A stretch of DNA of 64,000 nucleotides from Heterodontus francisci (lineage: Eukaryota): positions 7,068,001 to 7,132,000 of the forward strand of contig NC_090404.1 in the NCBI RefSeq assembly GCF_036365525.1, read 5' to 3'. Position numbers and translations under genes: made by a program. The notes under the pieces were generated by a model, which saw only the letters and a list, made by a program, of their open reading frames with translations, was not told where the DNA came from and searched no databases. Positions 1-14,350 of this stretch are shown here, one piece after another; within the stretch, counting starts at the first letter, position 1; every line of letters begins with the position of its first letter.

Positions 1-1919
1 GTTGAATTCACTGAAAAGCAGCAACCGTTTTATTCCTTTGCAAAAGAGGGAAATAATAAATCAGTCATTTACAGATTTTCACATCAGGTACAGGCAGTTT
101 CATTTTTACCATCACTTGCATAAATCATCACACACTCGAGGTATATACCAGCAGCTACTGTGTGATGGTGAGGTGATCACTTAACAGAGACAGGTGGGTC
201 GCTGCTTATTTCCCTCGATCTGCAATTACATTTTGAATTTAATAAATGCAAAAAGAAAGATCAGTGAAGCTAATTATTTCTATTTGTGGAATTGAAAGCA
301 ATATGATGTGTTTTGTTCACATACACAAACACATAAATAAGTAAACACTTGCAGGTTATTTTGCTGGAAGTGTGAAGCCAGGGGCTCAATGGGCACTGTG
401 CTAATGAAACACCCTGTTTGAATGTCTGCATTTAGCACACAATTTTGATCCTAATTGATAATTACCACAATTGTATTTGCCTGAAGGTGCTAAACCAGAG
501 ACCTGCAGATTTAGCTCTCAAGTGCTGATTAACCACAATTTTCTTGAAACAGTCTATGTGGGTTCCATGAACCCACTTCTCGTACAAGTGTTGGGTGGCC
601 TGGCTGACACACAGTGACATGTTTACGGATGGCTCAGGAGCCAACTGAGAGTGTGCACAGATTCTCAGATACAGCATTGTAGGTCCTGGTGAAGGAGATC
701 CTGGGGAGGCAGGATATCCTGTACCGCAATGGGGCAGGACACCACCTCATTCAACTGTCTCACTATCCTGCAGCAACTGGGGCTGCTCTGCCTGGCCTCA
801 TGTCCTCCCCTCCATTCAGCCAACCAGCAAGGTGCCAATGATCAAGTACTTCTTTTCTCCCGTTGACTTCGATAAGGTTAAGTCGCACAGCTCTTACACT
901 TCTTGAGTGAGGCCTTCAGAGAATTTCCAAGAATAAATTTTGATAGGGTGTTGGAAAAGTCGGAAAAGTGTCCCAGAATTTCTCCGGATGGGTTTCAAAA
1001 GTCCGCTTCAAACTTCCAGCAACCAATGGACAATAAAAGGTGATGTACCTTTAAGTAGCACAGAATACCTCTGCAGCAACGTTTTACTCCCAATCAGCTG
1101 GTTGTTGTTTAGAGAGAGGGTTGGCCAAGTGCTAGTTACCAAAATGGTGTGCAGCCGATTTAATAAGCGTTAACAGAAGATTTTCAGTAACAATCAGCTG
1201 CAGACTGATCCTCCGTATCCTAGTCCAAGTGTCAACTCTTTTACCAAGACATTATCTTCCATTAAACTCAGGCTAAATCAATGTTTCAGCTAGAGATCCC
1301 ACCTTGGCTCCATTGGAGCCTACATCGCACTTAAAGTATCAGGGACGTCCCCCCTCTACCATCCTCCCCCGACAATGTCTTTCAGGTGACATCATGAAAC
1401 AATAGTCTCGCCTCTCCCTCTTCTCTGTTGATGTGGCTATTAAAGTTCCCATAGTTCCCACACTGTGTCCTGATCAACATTCCTCCCTTCAACCATGGTT
1501 TGACATCCTTCCATCTACATGCAGCAAACCATTTATTAAGGTGGTGTGTCTTCTCTTGGTGTGCCTTTGCTGAGGGCTGTGAAGGCCAATCATTGAGGGG
1601 CAGCTGCTGCCACAAGTGCCACAACTTAATCAACCAAAATCAATGAAAATACATTGACAGATGTTCAGTCACTTTGCTCTATTATTGATGTTTCTGGGCA
1701 CAAATCGGCCACGTTCATCTGGAAATAGTTGCACCACACATTTTGGGACCTCTGAGAGAAGGTGATGATCTTGTACATCAATGCTAGTTGTTTCTTGGTG
1801 TATTACGACCAGAAACAGTAACTGACATCGACATTTTCACAATAGGAGTAATGGCCAAATACAACCACCAGGTGTCAGTGAAAGCCCGATTGTTGACATT
1901 ACATGAAACAGGTGCTGCC

Positions 1920-4130
1920 TCAGTTATTACTGTACTGAACCCTGTATCTGTTTCTATTAGACTAGACTCGGTCTCAGTTTATATGAAGCTAGAGCCGGCT
2001 TCAGTCAATATTACACTAGCTGTTGTCCCTGTTTATATTACACTAGGTCATTGTCCTATTTGTATGCCGACAAACGTTGTCTCTGATCAAATAAAAAACA
2101 GCCCATGCCTCAGTTATTTCTATATTGGCCCAAACTCAAGTGTTAATATACTGGACCATGTTTCTGCTTGTATCACACAATGCCCTGTCTAGGTTATTAC
2201 TGCACTAGACCACGTTTCTGTTTATATCACACAATGCCCTGTCTCTGTACTGTAATTAACCATCTCTCTGTTACGACTACATGTTACCCTGTCGCACCTA
2301 TTGCTGCACTGTCCATGTCTCAGCTCATAGAAATCGAGGTCTTGTATCAGTAATTACTGCACTAGGGTCTGTATCAGTTTATAATACACAATGATCTCCA
2401 TCAGTTAAAACTGCACTGGACCTTGTCTCAGGTTTTCTTATACTAGATGCTGTTTCACTTTATACGACACTATACAATGTCCCTGTTCACATGACACAAG
2501 ACTCTGTCTGAATTTTTACTGCACTCGACTCATTTTTTCTTATGCTAGATCATGCATCTGTTTGAATTACACTAGACCATGTCTGTTAATACTACACGGG
2601 ACCCAATATTAGTTTTTACTGCTCTAGGCCCTGTCTCAGTAATTACTGAACCAGACCCAGTGTTGGTTTATATTACTATAGGTCCTGCATCAATAATTGG
2701 TGCACTAGGCCCTCTCTCAGTATTCCTGCACAAGACCCTGTCCCTGATCATATTGCATCAGTTATTAGTTATCAGTTATTAGTTATCAGTTATTAGTTAT
2801 CAGTTATTCTCTCGGTTGCAACTGCCCTGCACCCTGTCTCAGCTGTTACTACAAAGGACCATGTCTCCGTTTATATTAAAGTCGGCAAAGTCTCTGTTAT
2901 TACTGCACCAAACCCTGTGTCTGTTTATACCACACTAAACCCAGTCTTAATTAACGATGGACTCGTCCATGTCTCCATCTATATTACACTGGACCATGCC
3001 CCTGTTATCACTCTACGGGAACATGTCTCTGTTCGCATTCAACTAAATCCTCTCATTTCGTTAATATTGTGGTTATTTTATGCTAGGATCTCTCTCTTTC
3101 TCGATCTCTCTCTCTGTTGATATTACACTAGATCCCCTCGCTGTTTATATTAATGTTGACCCTGTCTCTCTTCATATTACGCTGGGCCCCTTCTCTGTTT
3201 GAATGACACTATATGTAGTTTGTGTTCATATCACACAAGGCCCAGTCTCTGTTTATATTACACCAGGCTCTTGCTCTGTTCATATGATATTAGGCTTCTC
3301 TGTTTATAGTCTATTAGACCATGTCCCTGTGATTACTCCACTGAAACATGTCCCTTTATATTAAACTAGGTCTCTCTCTTCATTAATATTCTGCTGGACC
3401 CTGTCTCTGTTAATATTGCACTGGACCCTCTCCGTTTATATTACATTAGATCCCGAAATCGTGCCTCAGTTTATATTACACTAGACCTGCGTCAGTTGTC
3501 ACTGGATTTCGTCATGTCTCTGTTTATATTACACTAGACCCGATCTCTGTTCTTACTGCAATAGGCCCTATCTCTGTTCTTTTACACTAGATCCTGTCTC
3601 TGTTTATATTGCACTATATCCTATTACAGTTCTGAATGCAGTGTGTCCTGTCTCAGTTTATATTACACTAAGCCCTGTCTCAGTTCATATTGCATTCGAC
3701 CCTGTCTCAATTATCATTGGACTTCGCCTTATCTCTGTTCATATTGCTCTGGATCCTGTCTCTGTTTCTATTACACTAGGCACTGCCTCTATTCATATTT
3801 AACAAGATCATGTCTCAATTTATATTACACTAGACTCTGCCTCTGTTTGTATTAAACTGCACCCAGTCTCTGTTTAAATAACACGACACACTGTCACATT
3901 TTACGTTACACTCGACCATGTCTCAGTTATCAGTGTCACCATGTCTCTGTTTATATTACGCTAGACTCTGTCTCTGTACTTACTGCACTGGGCCCTGTCT
4001 CTGTTTATTTTGCACTCGACCCTGTCTCTGTTCATATTAAACTAGACCCTGTCTCTGTTTATATTACACTAGACCCTGTCTGTATTTATGTTACACTAGA
4101 TCCTGTCCAGGTTATCACTTCACGAGGCCA
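1920..4130 (+). repeat. Degenerate 27-bp satellite (CCCTGTCTCTGTTTATATTACACTAGA)n
   Basis: The unit is clearest at 4021-4080. Contains a (ATCAGTTATTAGTT)x~4 microarray at 2757-2808. Confidence 0.9.
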
Positions 4131-6374
4131 TGTCTCTATGAGATGAAAAAACATTATTATCAATAATGATGTTGGATTGGAAATTGGTCTCGGGTGACAG
4201 CCCAACACAGTCGTTATGGGTTTGGCCACCCGTTCCACGCAGCGCCTGATACTTAGTTTCACGACAGTCAACGGAATTAAATATCAGGTGCTGCCTCTCC
4301 CGGGCAGTCAATCCGATACTGTCCTTTCTGTGCCACTGACTGGGACCAATTCCTACCTCATATATTTGTCTGTGTGGGAGAGTGCAATCCTTTTCTGTCT
4401 GAATGAATATGTTTATTCTTGTTAATAGGAATCAGCAGCTATGTGCAATTGCGAATTGCTCCAGTATTATGTGGGTAATATTTGTGTAAAAAGGATAGGA
4501 TGAGTCTTGCACCGATTTCCCAGAAATGTACTGGCGTTGAAGGACAGGACTAAAGGTGAACATAGTGCACTGCACTTCACACGACACAGTGACAAACTCT
4601 GTTGTCTTGAAGTTTGCTAATTCACTCTTGTGTTGTACTGTGAAAATGCTCAGTTTTTAATGTTCAGGATTTTTTGGCCCTGCAGGATTTTCAATTTAGC
4701 TTTCACCTGACCGAGTGATTGTGTCAGAAACAGCTTGGAACAGTGATCTCGCAGTACCGGCTGATGGGCTGCCGCAGAGTCCTAATGCCCACGAGAAATT
4801 TCTCACCTGATCAATAGCAAAAGTGAAATGGGAATACACAATGTGTTATATACACGAGTGTGTGTGTGTGCAAAATAAATCATCCTTAATTACAAGACCG
4901 TTCCACAAAGACATGTGCGTATTTCACAGGACTTTTTCTGCATTTTATTTTCTTTTATTCAAACTGTAATTGCAGATTGCTTAATACCGTGGAATGTAAA
5001 CAGAGATATGGGCTAGTGCAGTAATAACAGAGAGACAGGACCTAACGTGAAACGAGAAGAAACATGTCTTTCTGCAATAATAGTTGAAACAATACTTTGT
5101 ACAGTAATAACTGTAAGTGGTCATGGTGTAACATGAGCAGAAGCAGGGTCAACTTTAACAATAGCAGAAACAGGTTCCTATTGAAAACTGACAGGGACAA
5201 GGTTTACAGTAATAATAATGGAAGCGGGCACTAGAATTCGAATAACAGCAGTTTTTTTTTCAAATAATAACAGTGACAAAGTTATAAGTGTAACAATTAC
5301 AGTGACAGTGACTAATGCAATAAGAGTGGAGACAGGGTCCAGAAGAAGACGTGGCTTAACTTGAGTATAACAAAGACAGTGTTTGATGCAATAATAACAC
5401 AGGCAGGCTGCAGTGTATTACTGAGCACATCACGGGATCCAGTGTGATGATAACACAGTCGTTATCCAGTGCACCAAATCGAAAGTTCGGGTCTCATCTC
5501 ATAGTGCGCGTGAGTCAGAACCTATTGAAATAATCGTAAATGCTTTGCCTAATAACAGAGTCAAGGACCACTGGAGTATGAATGAGATAGGATTAGTGTC
5601 ATGACACAGGCACTGTTCTGTGTAATGGCAGCTGGGAACAGATTATGTCATCATTGTCGAATTAGTCGCCCACTCACTCCTAAATCTGAAGCTTGTGTTT
5701 TCAAGCCCCACTCCAGAGACTCAACTATATAATCTAGGCCGATGCTCCCAGTGTTAGTATAAATGCAAGTCTTTCTGTTCTTTTGCCCACTATTTTCTTT
5801 GACTCAGAAGGAGCGAGGGGAATGGCAGACAGAGCTATTCTGCACAGTTTCTCCACCCAGCGAAGCAGGGGTTCCCAAAACATCATTGCACGTTTGACGT
5901 GCTGCCCACTCCCCCCAAAAGATATCATCACCCTTGTTTTTGTGAAGGGACTTACGACTGCAGGCCCGGGACAGACTGGGACCTGGTATAATAATAATCA
6001 CAGAGGCTGGCTCCAGGGTATCGATAACAGAGGTTGCTTTTACTGCAGGTGTTTTTACACTGAGGGAAGCATGTGCCGAATAGACACTCGACTGCAATAG
6101 GAAGAAAAGGTGCAGGGAAGCAATGATGTTTAGAGCCTAGTGCAGGCTTCTGTGTGATGGTGAGTGAAGCAGGGAGTTGTGTGATAAAATAGCAGTGGAA
6201 ATATATTGACAGAGGCACTTGTGACCGACACCACCTGACTAAGAGCTGATACACAAAAGGCTTTGACCATGAGGACATGACGGACTGCAGAGATTTCAGA
6301 TATCTGAGGTGACAATTATGCCTCTCTCAGAGGAACCAAAAATAATCTGTTCCTTCTCATCCTTCTGCACCTGT

Positions 6375-6795
6375 GAGCTGTGCCTCCGTTGGTAACCCTC
6401 TCACCTCCAAGTCACAATTTTCCGGGTTCCAGACCCACTCCAGGGCTTAAGCAAAAAAATCACGACTGGCACTGTAGCGCAGCAGTGAGGGGATGTTGCA
6501 CTGCCAGAGGCCCCGTCTTTCAGATGGGATGTTAAACCAAGGCCCTGTCTGCTTGCTCGGGTGGATATACAAACTCCCAAGGAGCTATTTAGAAGAAGAA
6601 CAAGGGAGTTATTCCTGGTGGCCTGGCCAATATTTATCCCTCAGTCAAGATCACAAAAACATATCACATTGCTGTTTGCAAATTGGCTGCTGAGTTTCCT
6701 CCATTACAATAGTGACTACACTTCAAAAATACTTCATTGGCTGTAAAGCATTTTGAGACATCTGGTGAAAGGCACTATATAAATGCAAGTCTTTC
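6375..6795 (+). mobile_element. tRNA-headed Deu-domain-like SINE
   Basis: gatgttaaaccaaggccctgtctgc...ggccaatatttatccctca core and a tataaatgcaagtcttt tail. A partial copy lies at about 5660-5775. Confidence 0.65.
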
Positions 6796-8129
6796 TCTTT
6801 TTCTTTTTTGCAGTCCCCGGGTTACACAGGGGCTGGATCTGACAGTTCATAGAAACCAATGTTTAAATCTTCTTTTTAGGGAATTTTATGTCTGAAAAAA
6901 GTCAAACTTCAAACCTCCCCAGAGGAACATTCAGAGTGTCACAAAGTTAAGTGAGCTGTTCGATTAATCCTATTTCCCACAACACGGCCAATTTGTCCAC
7001 CTTCATGTATTGAGACAATTCCCTTTGAAAGTTACTGTTCAATCTGCTTCCAGCGGCCTTTCAGGCTGTGCATTCCAGATCACAACAAATCGCTGTATTA
7101 AAACAAAATTCTCCTCATCTCCCCCTCTGGTTGTGTTGCCAAATATCTCAAATCTTTGTGTCCTCTGGTTACAACCCCTCCTGCTATTGGAAACAGTTTC
7201 TCCCTATCTACTCCATCAAAAATCCTTCCGGATTTTGCACACTTCTATCAAATCTTGTCTGCTCGAAGAGGACAACCCATGTTTCCCTTTATAAAATCTA
7301 TCAAAAACCGCTCATTTTTGAACATATCGATTAAATAGGAAGACACACAGATGAAGAGGGAGACAAGAGAATGAGAGACAGAAAGACTCAAAGAAAATCT
7401 GAGAGACTTTAAAAAAGGCAGAAACACGAGGTGGTGAGAGATAAAAAGCTGAGTAATAGAGGGAACAAAGAACACACAGAGAGAATTATATAAAATGAAA
7501 GGGAGAAAACGACTAGCTCCCGGTTTCAGAGAGCAGAGAGAGCTCAGTGACTGATCCACAGATACTGTCAGTTATGTCCGGGAATGGAGAATCAAATCAG
7601 AAACAACAGGTTACATTGTAAATGTCACCACAATGTGTTCTGTGTGACTTTGAACCGATTCTGTGGACAGATATAGGCCACCTTTGCAGATGTTTCCATC
7701 AGATTGTGGCCCCTGGATTTATTTTCTGCTCAGAAGTGAGATGTGTGGTTTGGAACCGGCAGCAGTGAAACAGGAAGTTGTGTTGCCCGAGAATGAAACA
7801 GCAGCTGTCAGTTTCATGCTATCACCATGAACAATTTTCCTGCCTGTGAGGGTGGATTCACTCTGATAGCACCAAGAACCAGCACAAAGATTTCTTCTGG
7901 ACTCAGCATTGCATTCACCTCTATTCACATTTTAAAAAATAATCATATGAGTTCATTTGGGTTTTTATGAAGGGGGAGATGGATTCAGGATGATCACTGG
8001 GAGAAATGAGGGGAGATTAATAAAATGCATTTTCCCCAAAGAGAATTATTCGAAAATAGGAGATTTTAAGTGAGTCAACGTCTGTCTGTACAAGCGAGAG
8101 AGAGAGAGAGGAGACAGATCTAATGCGTG

Positions 8130-8745
8130 CAGTGCAGTCTGAGGGAGAGGAGAGAGGTTCACTGAGTACAGTCTGAGAGAGAGGAGAGAGATTCAGTGAG
8201 TTCAGTCTGAGAGAGAGGAGAGAGGATCAGTGATTTCAGTCTGAGAGAGAAGAGAGGTTCACCGAGTTCAGTCTGAGAGAGAGGGGATAGGTACAGTGAG
8301 TTCAGTCTGAGGGAGAGGAGAGAAATTCAGTGAGTTCAGTCGGAGAGAGGAGAGAGGTTCAGTGAGTTCAGTCTGAAAGAGAGGACAGAGGTTCAGTCTG
8401 AGAGAGAGGAGAGAGGTTCAGTGAGTTCAGACTGAGAGAGAGGAGAGAGGTGCATTGAGTTCAGTCTGAGAGAGAGGAAAGATGTTCACTGACTGAGTTC
8501 AGTCTGAGAGAGAGGAGAGAGGTTCAGTGAGTTCAGTCTGAAAGAGAGGACAGAGGTTCAGTGAGTTCAGTCTGAGAGAGAGAAGAGAGGTTCAGTGAGT
8601 TCAGTCTGAGAGAGAGGAGAGAGGTTCAGTGAGTTCAATCTGTGAGAGTGGAGAGAGGTTCAGTGAGTTCAGTCTGAGAGAGAGAAGAGAGGTTCATTGA
8701 GTTCGGTGCAGCTTGAGAATAGGACAGAGGTTCAGTGAGTTCGGT
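8130..8745 (+). repeat. ~34-bp purine-rich minisatellite (GGTTCAGTGAGTTCAGTCTGAGAGAGAGGAGAGA)n
   Basis: About 18 tandem units, directly visible. Confidence 0.92.
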
Positions 8746-8989
8746 GACAGATGTTCTCGCCTGGGTAACGGAATGGTCTGTGTGAGTTGTCTTTCTCACA
8801 CAAGAGCACGCAACAGAATGGGTTGTGAAAAATTGTTCTTGTTATCAGATGATTGGCAATGTTATTGCATTTTGAATAAAGCGAAATTGAATAAAATACT
8901 GAAAAACACTCGGTTGACATAATCACTTATGCCGGTGCAAATGCATTGGAAGAATTAAGAATTATGTGTTCGAGGCAAACTGACTATAC

Positions 8990-9352
8990 AACACCAACAC
9001 CAGCCCCCACACCCCCGTCAACATCCACATATGCACACACCACACACACACATATACTCCACACACATTGCCACCCACACAGCACACACCCATACCCACA
9101 CACAAACACACATCATTCTCCCCACACACACAGTCACTCACAACTCCACCCCACACATACAGCCACTCACCACCCCACCCCCCCCACACACACACAAACA
9201 TATACCTACCCACACACAAACACACATGATTCTCCCCACACACACAGTCACTCACAACTCCACCCCACACATACAGCCACTCACCACCCCACTCCCCCCA
9301 CACACACAAACATATACCTCATCACACACACACGCACAGACACACACACATA
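8990..9352 (+). repeat. CA-rich low-complexity tract with a 114-bp tandem duplication
   Basis: attctccccacacacacagtcac recurs at 9115 and 9229. Confidence 0.85.
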
Positions 9353-9900
9353 AAACATTTTGTGTGAGCTATTTTCAGTTGCAGCTCTGAACCAGATGAG
9401 AGAGATAATCGTCTGGGCATTAGGACCCTATGGCAGCTCATCTGGTGGTGCTGTGAGGTCACGGTTCCAGACTCTGTCCAGTCGAAGCAGTGGGTCAGGG
9501 GAAGGTTATATCGAAAATCCTGCAGGAAAAAAAAACTGGAACATTAAAAAACAGTCAGCAATGGTCACAGTACAACATAAGTATGAATTAGCAAACCTTA
9601 ACACAACAGAGTTTGTCAGTAAGTAGTGTAAAGTTCAGTGCACTATTACTCAACTTCAGTCCTGTCCCTCAACCCCAGTTCATCTCTGGGAGATTGTTAC
9701 AAGATTCAGCCCATCCTTTCAACACAAATATTACCCATAAAATACCGGAGCAATTAGAAATTGCACACAACTGTCTTCCAACCAAAAATGATTAAATCAT
9801 CATACACAAATGTATGTCTTTATTTAATATTAATATATATGATTCTCACTGTCTACCTACCTATCTATCTAGCTATTTATCTAGCTGCCTATCTATCTAT

Positions 9901-12900
9901 AAGAACATAAGAAATAGGAGCAGGAGTAGGCCATTAGGCCCCACGAACCTGCTCCACTATTCAATAAGATCAGGGCTGATGTGATCATGGCCTTAACTCC
10001 ACTTTTCTGCCTGCCCCCTTAACCATTGACTTTCTTATAGCTAAAAATGTGTCTCAATCACCTTTGAGTGTATACAATGACCCAGTCTCCACTGCTTTCT
10101 GAGGAAGAGACATCAAACACTAACAACCCTCTGAGAGAAGAAATTCCACTTCACTCCGTCTTAAATGGAAGACCCCTTATTTTGAAACTGTGCCCCCTAG
10201 ATCCAGATTTCTCCATGAAGGGAAACGTTCTCTCTGCATCTACCCTTTCAAACCCCCTCAGAATCTTATATGCTTCAACAAGATCATCTCTTATACTTCT
10301 AAACTCCAATGAGTAAAGGCCCAACCTTCTCAACCTTTCCTCATAAGCCAACCCTTTCATCCCAGGAATCAGCCGCATGAAACCGCGCTGAACTACTTCC
10401 AATGCAAGTACATCCCTCCTTAAGCAAGGAGACTAAAACTGTATGCAGTACTCTAGGTGCAGTCTCTCCATGCCCTGTAAAGTTGCAGCAATACTTCCCT
10501 ACTTTCATATGCCATCCTCCTTGCAATACGCACCAACATTCTATTTACCTTCCTTATTTCTTGCATGCTAACTTTTTGTGATTCATGTACGAAGATACTC
10601 AGATCTCTCTGTACCACAGCATTCTGCTGCATCTCTCCATGTAAACAATATTCTGCTTTTCTATTCTTCCTGCCAACGTGGACAACCACACATTTTTCCA
10701 CATTATTCTCCATCTGCCAAATTTTTGTCCACTCTTTTAACCGACCTATATCTCTTTGCAGATAGATTGTGTCCTCCTTCCAACTTGCTTTTCTATGCAT
10801 TTTCATATTGCCCACAAATTTAGCTACGATATACTCGGCCCCTTCATCCAAGTCATTGATATAGATTGTAAATAGTTGAGGCCCCAGCACTAATCCCTGT
10901 GACACTCCGGTTTGCCAACCTGAGAATACTCCATTTATCACGACTCTCTGTTTCCTGTTAGTTAGCCAATCCTCTATGCATCGAAACAGAGAAAATAGGA
11001 GTAGGGGAAGGCAATTCGGCCCTTCGTGCCTGCGCCACCATTCATTATGATCATGGCTGAACATCCAACTCAGTAACCTGTTCCTACCTTCGCCCCATAT
11101 CCTTTGATCCTTTTAAACCGAAGAGCTATATCTTCTTGAAAACATACAATGTTTTGGCCTCAACTGCTTTCTATGGTAGCGAATTCCACAGGTTCACCAC
11201 TCTCTGGGTGAATAAATTTCTCCTCATCTCAGTCCTGAATGGTTTACCCCATATCCTTAGACTATGACTCCTGGTTCTGGACTCCCACACCATCGGGAAC
11301 ATCCTGCCTGCAACTACTCTCTCGAGTCCTGTTAGAATTTTATAGGTTTCTATGAGATCCCCCTCACTCTTCTGTACTCCAGGGAATAAAATCATAACTG
11401 ACTCAATCTCTCCTCATACGTCAGTCCCGCCATCCCAGGAATCAGTCTGGTAAACCTTCGCTGCACTCGCTCTATAGCAAGAACATCCTTCCTCAGATAA
11501 GGAGACCAAAGATGCACACAATATTCCAGGTGTGGCCTCACCAAGGCCCAGTATAATTGCAGCAAGACATCCCTACTCCAGTTCTCGAATCCTCTCGCTG
11601 TGAAGGCGAAAGTGGGAACAGGTTACTGAGTTGGATGATCAGTCATGATAATAATTAATGGTGGAGCAGCCGCGAAGGGCCGAATGGCCTTCTCCTGCTC
11701 CGATTTTCTCTGTTTCTCTTTGCCTTTTTTACCGCCTGTTGGACCTCCATGCTTACATTCAGCGACTGGTGTACGAGAATACCCAGGTCTCGTTGTGTAT
11801 TCCCCTCTCTCAGTTTATCGCCATTCAGATAATATATTACCCCCAACACCAAGAGCTCTTATCTTGTCTAAAAAATTTTATGTGGCACCTCATCGAACGC
11901 CTTTTGGAAATCCAATGCGTGGTCTCTACTAGTTTCCTTTTATCCACCCTGCTTGTTACATCCTCAAAGAACTGTAAAACATTTGTCAAACACAATTTCC
12001 CTTTCATAAACCATGTTGACTCTGTCTGATTGAATTACAGAGTCACAGATTCATAACGGCGAAGAAGGAAGCCAATCAACCCACCGAATCCATTCTGGCT
12101 CTATTTAGAGCAATGCAATCAGTCCTGTCCATCAGCTCTATCCCTGTCGCCCTGAAAATTTACTTCCCTCAAGTGCCCATCCAATTTATCATTGAAATCA
12201 TTCATCATCTCTGCATCCAGCATTCTCTTAGGCAGTAACTTCCAGGGCATTACCGCGCAATGTGTAAAGCAGTTCTTCTTCACATCCCCCTGTATTTCTT
12301 GCTCAAAACCTGAAATCTGTGCCCACTAGTCCTTGTACCATCATGTAATGGGAACAGCTTTTCTTGTCTACTCCATTCATACCTGTCACACTCTTCCACA
12401 CTTCTGTCAAAATTACCCTCAATCTTTTTTGCTCCAATGAGAACAACCTCAGCTTCTCCAACCTAAACTTGGCGCTGAAATCCCTCATCTCTGGAATCAT
12501 TCTCATAAATCTCCTCTGCATCCTTTCAAGGACCGTCACACCCTTCCTAAAATGTGGTGACCAGAACTGGAAGCAATACTTTAGTTGTAGCCGAACCAGA
12601 GCTTTATAGAGGATCAGCATAACTTCCCTGCTCTTGCACTCAATACTTCTATTTTGAAGCCCAAGATCCCAAGTGCTTTGTTAACTGCTCTTTCAATATA
12701 CTGCCACGTTTAAAGCTCTATGCACACGATCCTCCAAGTCCCTCTGCCCGTGTGCACTTTTTAGAACTGTACCAATTTAGTCTATATTGCCTCTCCTTAC
12801 CCTTTTTGCCAAAAAGCATCACCTCACATTTCTCTGTACGAACTTCCATCAGCCACTTGTCTGCCCATTCTGCTAGTCTATCTATGTCCTGTTGCAATTA

Positions 12901-13030
12901 ATTGGCAACAACCTCACTATCTGCCAACTGATTTTCTAAATTTCCTGCTACTACTTCTTTCAGAATGGATTCCAGCATTTTCCCAATGACAAATGACAAG
13001 CTAACTGGCCTATAGTTTCCTACTTTCCGT
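9901..13030 (-). mobile_element. Nested block of truncated CR1 3' fragments
   Basis: At least three RT/3'-end pieces (9901-10980, 10982-11840, 12035-12925) with LGLYSLE, VLGPQLFTIYINDL and CFQFWSP motifs. The block interrupts a (CTAT)n-like tract present on both sides. Confidence 0.85.
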
Positions 13031-13099
13031 CAGTCTGTCTGTCTATCTATCTAGCTGGCTGTCTATCTCTCTAAGAGATGTTTTACAGTGCAGCCATGA

Positions 13100-14350
13100 A
13101 TATGTAGGACCTAGTGTAATATAAGAAGAGATGGGATGGATCCACTCTTGACTGAGACAGGGATGTATGTAATATTACATGAGACTAGGCCTTGTGCAGT
13201 AATGACGTAGACAATGCCGAGTGTAAAATAAACAGAGATGTGGTCGAGTGCAGTAATAATATAAACATGTTCTCATGTGATATAAACTAGGACTGGGGAT
13301 GGCCTAGTGGAATATGAAAAGAAGCATGGCCATGTCAATCAGAAGTGAGCGAGGGCTGAATGTAATATAAGCAGAGACATGGTCTGGAGCAATATGAGCA
13401 GTAATGGTCGGTTTTATGGTAAACAGAAACACTGGGTACTGCAGCAATAACTGAGACAGGGCCAAGTGAAGCTAATAGAGCTACAGGACCTGGAATACGA
13501 TAAACTGAGACAGGGTCTAGTGAAGTTAATAGAGCTGCAGGACCTGGAAAACAATAAACTGAGAAAGGGTCTAGTGTACTCACTAATGATACTGGGTCCA
13601 GATTCATATAAACTGAGACAGGGCCTAGGATACAGGGCCTTGATTAATATAAACTGAGACAGGATCCAGCGCAGAAATTACTGATTCAGTCATTATATTA
13701 GTATGAAGTTTGACAGAGCCTAGTGCATTGATTACAGATACAGGGTCTAATTAAAAGAAACTGATTCAGGTTCCATTGGGACATAAATAGAGATAGAGTA
13801 CAGTACAATATAAACAGAAACGGGGTCCAGTTAAATATAAATAGAGACGGGATCCAGTGTAATATCAACAGAAGACAGGCTCTAGTAAAATATATTAACA
13901 GAGATGGAATCTATTTATATATATATATATATCAACAGAGACAGGGTCAAGTTTGATAAAAACAGAGACGAGGCCAGTGTAATATAAACAGAGACGGGGT
14001 CTATTGTAGTATAAAGAGAGACAGGGTCTAGTTTAATAAAACAGAGATGGGTTCTATTTTAATATAAACAGAGACGGGGTCTAGTTCAATGTAAACAGAG
14101 ACAGGGTCTAGTATAATATAAACAGAGATGGGTTCTATTTTAATCTAAACAGAGATAGGGTCTATTGAAATATAAAGGGAGACAGGGTCTAGTTTAATTA
14201 AAAACAGAGACGGGGCCAGTGTGATATAAATGGAGACAGGGTCTACAGACATATAAACAGAGACAGGGTCTATTGTAATATAAAGAGAGACAGGGTCCAG
14301 TTTAATAAAACAGAGACGGGGCCAGTGTAATTTAAACAGAGACAGGGTCC
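13100..14350 (-). repeat. Same 27-bp satellite, inverted
   Basis: (TCTAGTGTAATATAAACAGAGACAGGG)n. More decayed patches occur at about 4990-5640 (-), 5960-6250 (-), 18965-19268 (+) and 28655-28875 (+). Confidence 0.88.

Noticed and set aside
1788-3855. ORFs with repeating PVSVYITLD or CLCLYYTR peptides
   Set aside because: These are translations of the 27-bp (9-codon) satellite, and the frames are broken frequently.
4140-4560. Second decayed promoter-like patch (reverse CCAAT, ZNF143-like fragments)
   Set aside because: The motifs are too degenerate to support a call.
8130-8745. CRISPR-like or Ig switch-like array
   Set aside because: The units are head-to-tail with no unique spacers, the context is eukaryotic, and the array is 28 kb upstream of VH rather than in the J-C intron.
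8946-9390. His/Thr/Pro-rich ORFs
   Set aside because: Artefact of CA-rich low complexity.
9400-9530. Minus-strand acceptor (T-run + cctgcag) suggesting an exon
   Set aside because: No recognisable coding frame or partner exons.
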